From the NCBI RefSeq assembly GCF_009914755.1, contig NC_060925.1: 64,000 nucleotides of DNA; one strand, written 5' to 3'. Made by a program: the position numbers and the translations under genes. This DNA is from the human T2T-CHM13v2.0 reference genome, Homo sapiens. Positions 56,797-64,000 of this stretch are shown here, in pieces. Each line of letters starts with the position of its first letter. Positions within the stretch are counted from its first letter, which is position 1. The notes beneath the pieces were generated by a model. The model did no database searches and was not told the DNA's origin. It was given only the letters and a program-made list of their open reading frames with translations.

Positions 56797-58345
56797 TTTT
56801 TTTTTAATTTCAACTTTTATTTTAGGTTTAGGGGGTACATGTGCAGATTTGTTACATGGGCGTATTGTGTGATGCTGAAGTTTGCCATATGAATGATTCC
56901 GTCACCCAGGTAGTGAACATAGAACCCAATAGGTAGTTTTTCAGCCCTTTCCCTCTTCCCTTTCTCCCCTCCCTAGTAATCTGCAGTATTTATTGTTGCT
57001 CTCTGTGTGTCCGTAAGTACTCGATATTTAGCTCCCACTTATAAGTAAGAATATATAGTATTTGGTTTTCTGTTCCTGTGTTAATTCACTTAGGATAATG
57101 GCCTCTAGCTGCATCCATGTTGCTGCAAAGGACACAGTTTTTTTTCTTTTTGTGGCTGCATAATATTCCATGGTGTGTATGTACCACATTTTCTTTATCC
57201 AATCCACCATGGATGGGCACCTACATTGATTCCATATCTTTGCTATTGTGAATAATGCTTTGATGAACATATGCATGCATTTGTCTTTATGGTAGGATGA
57301 TTTATAGCTCTTCAAGTATATATCCAGTAATGAGATTGCTGGGTCGAATGGTAGTCCTATTTTAAGTTCTTTGAGAAATTGCCAAACTGCTTTCCACAGT
57401 GGCTAAAGTAATTTACACTCCCACCAACAGGATATAAGTGTTCCCTTTTCTCCACAGACTCACCAGCATCTGTTATTTTTTTACTTTTTAATAATAAGCA
57501 TTCTTACTCATGTGAGATGGCATCTCATTGTGATTTTGATTTGCATTTCTCTGATGATTAGTAATGTTGGGAGTTTTTTCATGTTTATGACTGATTGTGT
57601 ATATTCTTTTGAGAAGTATCTGTTCATGTCCTTTGCCCATTTTATAATGGGGTTACTTTGTTTGTTGAATTAAGTTTCTTACAGATTCTGATGTTAAAAC
57701 TTTGGCACATGCATAGCTTGTGAATAGTTTCTTCCATTCTGTAGGTTGTCTGTTTACCCTGTTGATGTGTTTGCTGTTGTTGCTGTTTTGCTGTGAAGGA
57801 AGCTTTTCAGTTTAACTAGGCCCCACTTGTCCATTTTTGGTATTGTTGCAATTGCTTTTGAGGACTTAGTCATAAATTATTTGCCAAGGTTGATGTCCAA
57901 AATAGTATTTCCTAGGTTTTCTTCTAAGGTTTTTATAGTTTGAGGTCTTACATTTAAATCTTTACTCCATCTTGAGTTAATTTTTGTATATAGGGTAAGA
58001 TTAGGGGTCTAGTTTCATTCTTCTGCATAGCTAGCCAGGTATCTCAGCACCATTTATTAAATAGGGCATCCTTTCCCCCATTGTTTATTTTTGTGAACTT
58101 TTTCAAAGATCAAATGGTTTGTAGGTGTACAGCTTCAGCTTCATTTCTGGGATCCTTCTGTTCCATTGGTGTATATGTCTGTCTTTGTACCAGTGACATG
58201 CAGTTTTGATTAATGTAGCCTTATAGTGTGGTTTGGAGTCAGGTAATGTGATGCCTTTTGTTTTGTTTTTTGTTTGTTTGTTTTCTGTTTTGTTTTTTTT
58301 TTTCTCAGCATTGCTTTGGCTATTTGGGCTTTTTTTTTTGTTTCT
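56797..58345 (-). mobile_element. L1PA15/16-like 3' fragment (~1.5 kb)
   Basis: agggggtacatgtgcagatttgttacatggg...cacccaggtagtgaacatag; ORF2 C-terminus in the ORF track (57028-57315). Confidence 0.85.
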
Positions 58346-59029
58346 ATAACTAAAATAATATAACCAGAAATATAAGCAAATGTATGTTTAAAAATGAATG
58401 TAGTTAAAAGTTTAAATTGTGATTTAGAAATCTGTTAATTTTTCTTACTAAAATAGAGCTCCGAATATGTAATAAAACAAGTACTACTCATAGTAACACT
58501 AAAATTATATTAATAAAACTTAAAGGCTCATCTTTCAAATGTACATTTTTATGCAGACAAAAGCTAATGATAGATTAATAATAAATATAGGTTAAACAGA
58601 AGTATAAAGTAGTGGAGGGAAAATTGTCTAAATAGATGTTTGACAAATTATTTTGAACTCCTTTTCTTTTTATAAAGTTTGCAGATGGTTGTATCTCAGC
58701 ATGTCATGGGTCACATGTGGATTTCAACAGCACTTTGAACAAAATTACTTCTAATAATATATGGAAAAGTGGGAAAATATTTAGATTTCATTCTTTGAAA
58801 TATCATGAATTTTTAGGAAAATTAAGAGTATATACATTCAATCACAAAAGGGAGAATTTATAAAGAAGTAAGTCTGGAGTACAGAAACACTTCTAATAAA
58901 AGGTTTTGATCAAATGTTAAATAAAGCTCTTATCTCAGCAATATTTGCTTATTTTTATTGAAGCAAAGAGTGATTTAGTATATACCCTCACATAAGGTGG
59001 CAGTGTTCATTTTCCAAAAAGGAAATACA

Positions 59030-59376
59030 TTTTTTTTTCTTTTTTCTTTTTTCTTTTTCTTTTTCTTTCTTTCTTTTCTTTTCTTTTTTTTTTTTTTTGA
59101 GAAGGAGTCTCCCTCTGTCACCCAGGCTAAAGTACAGTGACACCATCTCTGCTCACTGCAACTTCCACCTCCTGGGTTCAAGTGATTCTTGTGCCTCAGT
59201 CTCCTGAGTAGCTGGAATTATAGGCACACACCACCGCGCCTGGCTAATTTTTTGTATTTTTATTAGAGGTAGGGTTTTACCATGTTGGCCGGGCTGGTCT
59301 GAAACTCCTCAAGTGATCCGCCCATCTCGGCCTCCCAAAGTGTTGGGATTACAGGCATGAGTCACTGTGTCCAGAC
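59030..59376 (-). mobile_element. AluS with long (TTTTC)n tail
   Basis: Reverse Alu body. Confidence 0.9.
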
Positions 59377-59542
59377 AGAAATCAATTTTTTTTATCCTCT
59401 CGAGGTGCTGATGTTTACTCTGACAACTCTGGTGCTACAAGTTTACTGTGCACAATATATATTGAGGTAACCACAACTACTAGCACAAACAATATTAAAT
59501 TATTAACAGGCCTGATTGTTCAGTACATGCAATCAAGTACTA

Positions 59543-60480
59543 CTCTTTTCTTCAGCTTTATTGATACATAACTGACAAATAAAATTAAATATATTCAAGA
59601 TGTACAACGTGATGTTTTGATCTATGTGCACATGGTGAAATGACTACCACAATCAAGCTAACTAATATACCTGTTACCTCACATACTTACCTTTCGTTTG
59701 TGGTGAGAATATTTAGGATCTACTCTCTTGGTAAATATCAGGTATGCAATATATTATTATTAACTGTAGTCATCATGCTGTACAAAAGGTCTCTGAATCT
59801 AGTCATCTTATAACTGTAAGTTTATACAGTTTGACCAACAGCTTCCCTTTTCTCCCACTTCTGACTCCTGGTAACTACTCTTCAACTCTTGGTTTCTATG
59901 AGTTCATGTTTTCAAAATTCCACATATAAGTGACATCATACAGTATTTTTCTTTCTGTTTTTTTTTCACTTTTTTTCTGTTTATTTCACTTAACATAATA
60001 TTAATATCCTCTAGAATCTTCAAATCATCATGTTGCAACCAACGGGATTTCCTTCTTTTTTAAGGCTGAATAATATTTAATTGTATGTATATGTTACATT
60101 TTTCTTTCTCTTTTATTTTATTTATTTTTTTTTTTTTGGAGACTCGGTTTCACTCTGTTGCAGTGTAGTCGTATGATCTTAGCTCACTGCAGCCTTGAAC
60201 TCCCAGGCTCAATCAATCCTCCCTCCTCAGCCTCCTGAGTAGCTGGGACTACAGATGAGCACCACCATGCCCAGCTAATTTTTTTATTTTTTGTAGAGAT
60301 GAGGTCTCACGATGTTGCCCAAGCTAGCCTCGAACTCCTGGCTTCACGCAACCCTCCTCCCTCGGACTCCCAAAGTGCTGGGATTACAGGTGTGGGCCAC
60401 CAGACTGGCCACATTTTCTTTCTTCATTTATGGACAGACACTTAGGTTGTTTCTATATCTTGGCTATTGGGAGTAATGCT
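59543..60480 (-). mobile_element. L1MA-type 3' end interrupted by AluJ (60110-60410)
   Basis: tatattcaagatgtacaacgtgatgttttgat...accacaatcaagctaactaa; Alu TSD acattttctttc. Confidence 0.8.
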
Positions 60481-60562
60481 TAATATCAGTATTGTAAAGA
60501 ATTATTATGTATATATTCCTTGTTTTCTTTCCTTAAATATGGGTAAATAAAAAAGAAAAACT

Positions 60563-60850
60563 GGCCCACATGGTAGCTTATGCTTGTAATCCCAGCACTT
60601 TGGGAGGCTAAGGCAGACAGATTGCTTGAGCTCAGGAATTCAAGACCAGCTTGGGCAACAGGGCAAAACCCCATCTTTACAAAAAACACAAAAATTAACC
60701 AGGTGTGGTGGCACACACGTGTGGTTCCAGCTACTAGGGAGGCTGAAGTGGGAGTATTAGTTAAGCTCAGGAGATTGAGGCTGCTGTGAGTTGCGATGGC
60801 ACCACTGCACTCCAGTCTGAGTGACAGAGCAAGACTTTGTCAAAAAAAAA
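60563..60850 (+). mobile_element. AluJ
   Basis: gattgcttgagctcaggaattc diagnostic; A tail. Confidence 0.9.
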
Positions 60851-61164
60851 GAAATGCAAAAGGCAGAGTAAGGAGGCAACAGAGAAAGGAAAATGTTAGG
60901 TATCTAGTTAATAGAGAAAATGTTTAGTGACTATATAATTAGTGTTATAATTACATTAAAAGTTTTAAATAGAAATACTTTTAAATAGAAATTTTAAGCG
61001 ATTGTGATGATTTTCAGTTTTACTCAGGAAACAATGTAGCTAGCATATGCAACGGACTGCATCAGCATTAGAGGATGAAAATGTAAAACACGCTTTCCTC
61101 TTTCAAGGCACTAAGGTGCTTGTGGAGATAGTCATAAGCAGAACTTTTCAATACACTGTGAGAC

Positions 61165-61445
61165 ACAGAAAGACAAATACTGCATGATTACACTTACATG
61201 AGGTAACTAATATAGTCAAAATCACAGAATCAAAAAGTAGAATGGTGGTTACTGGGGGAGGAAGAGGGGAAAATGAGGAGTTACTAGTCAATAGGCATAA
61301 AGTTTGAGATAAACTGGATTAATAAGCTCTAGAGATCTGCTGTACAACATTGTACCTATAGTCAAAAATACTATATTGTGCACTTAAAATTTTTTATAGG
61401 GTGGATCTCATATAAGTTTTCTTACCACAATAACGTTTTTGAAAA
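61165..61445 (+). mobile_element. L1MA-type 3' end
   Basis: cagaaagacaaatactgcatgat...ctagagatctgctgtacaacat. Confidence 0.75.
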
Positions 61446-61689
61446 ACCCAAGTTAAAAACAAAAAAAAAGATTTTGTTCAAACAACTATATATATATGTG
61501 TGTGTTTTATATATACATAGTACAAATATATATTAATATATGCATTATTAATTAATATGCATTATTAAATACACAATTAAAAGGCATTATTAATTGAATA
61601 GTAATTAATATATGCATATATAATATATATGCATGCATGTTATACACAACTGCATATATAATATATATAATGAGAAATGACACAATGTA

Positions 61690-62770
61690 AATGTGTTCAA
61701 GGAGGGTTGATGAGCATATCATCCAATCTGGAGGAAGGAGAGTCAGGAATGGTTTCCTGAAAGAGATGACTGTGATCTGACTCTCAGTAGCTGAGTGAGA
61801 GTTGTTGGGGATGAGTATAACATTCTTGGCAGAAGAAATCAAACTACCAATATGCAGAGATGAAAAAGCACATTTTGTATGAAGAGAAATATTAAGTAAG
61901 CTTATATTGTTGAGGATAAAGAGCACACTGTAATAAGAGCAATGTGATAGAAAAGAGACAATTTACAGAGGACCTGCATGCTAGAATAAAAAGTAGGCTT
62001 GTCCTAAAGAGAATGCAGAGATTTTGTAGGGTTTTAGATAGAATAGAGATGAAGAAAGTTTGCATTTAGTAGATAATTCTGAAAGTCATGTGAAATATGA
62101 TTCAGAGAAGAAGCAAGACTAGAGGCAGATAGATAAATTTGGAGTAGGCTAATTTCATTAGTCCAAGAGTAAGACTATGAGAACCTGAACCACAGTCATG
62201 ATAGCAAAAATGAAAGAAACTGTAAATTCAAGAATTATTTCAGAGGTAAAATTAGCTGGATTTAGTGATTGAATAAAAGTGGTATAGGAACCAAGTGGAT
62301 AAAGGAATCAGGACAAAAGCCAGGTTTATAACCTTCATGATTAGATGAATGATTATATCCATAGCAAGAGGAGGAAGAGAGAGAGAGAGACAGAGAGAGA
62401 AAGAAACCAAGACAGAGAGGGAGAGAGGCGGGGGATGCGGGGGAGTGGTAACATAAATTCAATTTTTATTACTTCACTTTCATGAAGTTACATATGAGTC
62501 TGAACCTGTGAGAAGAGTTTTGGGAAAAGATGTGGATTGAGAAGGGCAAAAAGCAGATGATGAAACCCTAAGTAGTGCAAACTTTATTTAATGGGCAGAA
62601 GTAGGAGTAAAAAGACTACGTACAAGGTCAAGAATAGTAATCAGAAACGTAGAAGCATAACCAGGAGAAAGTGGAATGATAGAAGCCAAGAAAAAGCAGT
62701 TTTCCAAGAAGGAGGGAATAGTGAATATTCACTGCCACAGAGGCACCTAGTAAAATAAAGGCTGAAACAT
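61690..62770 (-). mobile_element. L2 fragment
   Basis: gagagtcaggaatggtttcctga...aaccaggagaaagtggaatgatagaagccaag motifs. Confidence 0.65.
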
Positions 62771-62879
62771 ACATGTGTTCCCAATACATGTTCCCAAACA
62801 TATATGCATTTCAGATTAAAAAAAATGAATAATAAGTATAGAAGACAATTTTCAGTTAGTTGAGAAGTTATTTACTCCG

Positions 62880-64000
62880 TATTATTTCTTGTTATTTATA
62901 TTTGTTTCATCTGTATCTTTCTATTGTATCGTTTTTAAAAATTCAGACTTTTATATACTACTTTTGTATTTCCTAGTTCATTAAGGTTTATATTTAGTTG
63001 TATTAATTTCTTCCTTTTTCTCTTTGGCTTTCTTTGTTGTTCTTTCTCTAGTTTACAGATTTATTTGTTTAGAATTATTTATTCTCATTTTTATATTGAT
63101 TGATATATTTGAAGCTAATATTTTACTCTGATTACTGCTTTAGTTAATATCCTATAAATTCTGATATGTGATGTTTTCTTTATTGTTTTCTAGAAATTCT
63201 GTCATTTTAGTTTATATTTATTTTTTGACCCCAGAGTTGCTTAATAGAAAGTTTGTACATTTCCAGGGAAAATAGCCTTTCTATTTTGCTTAAGTTTTAA
63301 ATGTGTTGCACTATGATCAGAGAATGTGACCTATATTAATTTATTTGGAATTTAATTAGATTTTCTTTATGACCTAACATATATGGCAAGTATTTATGAC
63401 TGTTTTATGTGTGCCTAAAAATAAGTGTATTCTTTATTATTAGGGAACAGTGTTGATATAGATCCATAAGGTATAAAGTATTGATTGTTAGAATCTTCTA
63501 TATCTTTGACTAATATTTTGTTCACTTGAAATCTTTTAGATAATAAATTTTATTAAATTTTCTTCCTATTTCCTGTCTTATAAAGTTTCTGCTTTATGAA
63601 ATTTACCATTACATTAATTTATTATGGATACTTATAACTGAATTGTGTCTCCTTTTGCAATTAAGGTTTTATAAAAGGTCCTTCTTTGATTAATTTATTG
63701 TTTATGGCAGGATTTTCACTTTGTCAAGCCCAGTATCCTTGATATTTTCTGTTGTTTAAATTGGTTGTACTTTTAAATAATGTACTTTTTTTAAAAAGTA
63801 CACTTATGGTACAGTACACTTAATTAAAATTTACCATCCTAACCATTTTTAAGTGTATAGTTTAGTGGCATTAACTACATTCGCGCTGTTGTACAACTGT
63901 AACCAGCATCCATCTCCAAAATTCTTTTCCTCTTGTAAGACTAAAGCTCCGAACCCATTAAACAACTTAGCATTTCCCTCTCCTTCCAATTCTTGGCAAC
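62880..64000 (-). mobile_element. Old L1M fragments (L1MB 3' tip from ~63800, runs off the window)
   Basis: T-rich ORF2-like antisense sequence; aaaatttaccatcctaaccatttttaagtgtatagt. Confidence 0.65.

Overview
Primate genomic DNA, almost certainly human chr1q31 (the RCA/CFH-CFHR cluster). The only intact protein-coding gene is CFHR5 (complement factor H-related 5) on the + strand. It has 10 coding exons from 9483 to 40506, all introns are GT-AG and phase 1, and the 1710-nt CDS gives 569 aa (signal peptide plus 9 SCR/sushi domains). The rest is mostly repeats: a full-length dead antisense L1PA in intron 3, about 19 Alu/Alu-monomer elements, Tigger3/MER DNA transposons, MaLR LTRs including a complete provirus, an ERV remnant, and old L1/L2. 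The notable unexplained signals are: (1) an orphan CFHR1/2/5-type SCR1 pseudo-exon at 2296-2493 that keeps all four Cys and the dimerisation motif, possibly a relic of a lost CFHR gene; (2) next to it, a ~462-bp tandem duplication whose junction holds an inverted 72-bp copy of that pseudo-exon (a template-switch signature); (3) two upstream ATGs before CFHR5; (4) an L1 antisense promoter/ORF0 relic pointing at exon 4; (5) a 3' splice site followed by six GTAAGT donors in intron 6; (6) an AluY inserted at the distal poly(A) site. There are no RNA genes or CRISPR arrays. Repeat subfamily names were assigned by eye and are approximate.
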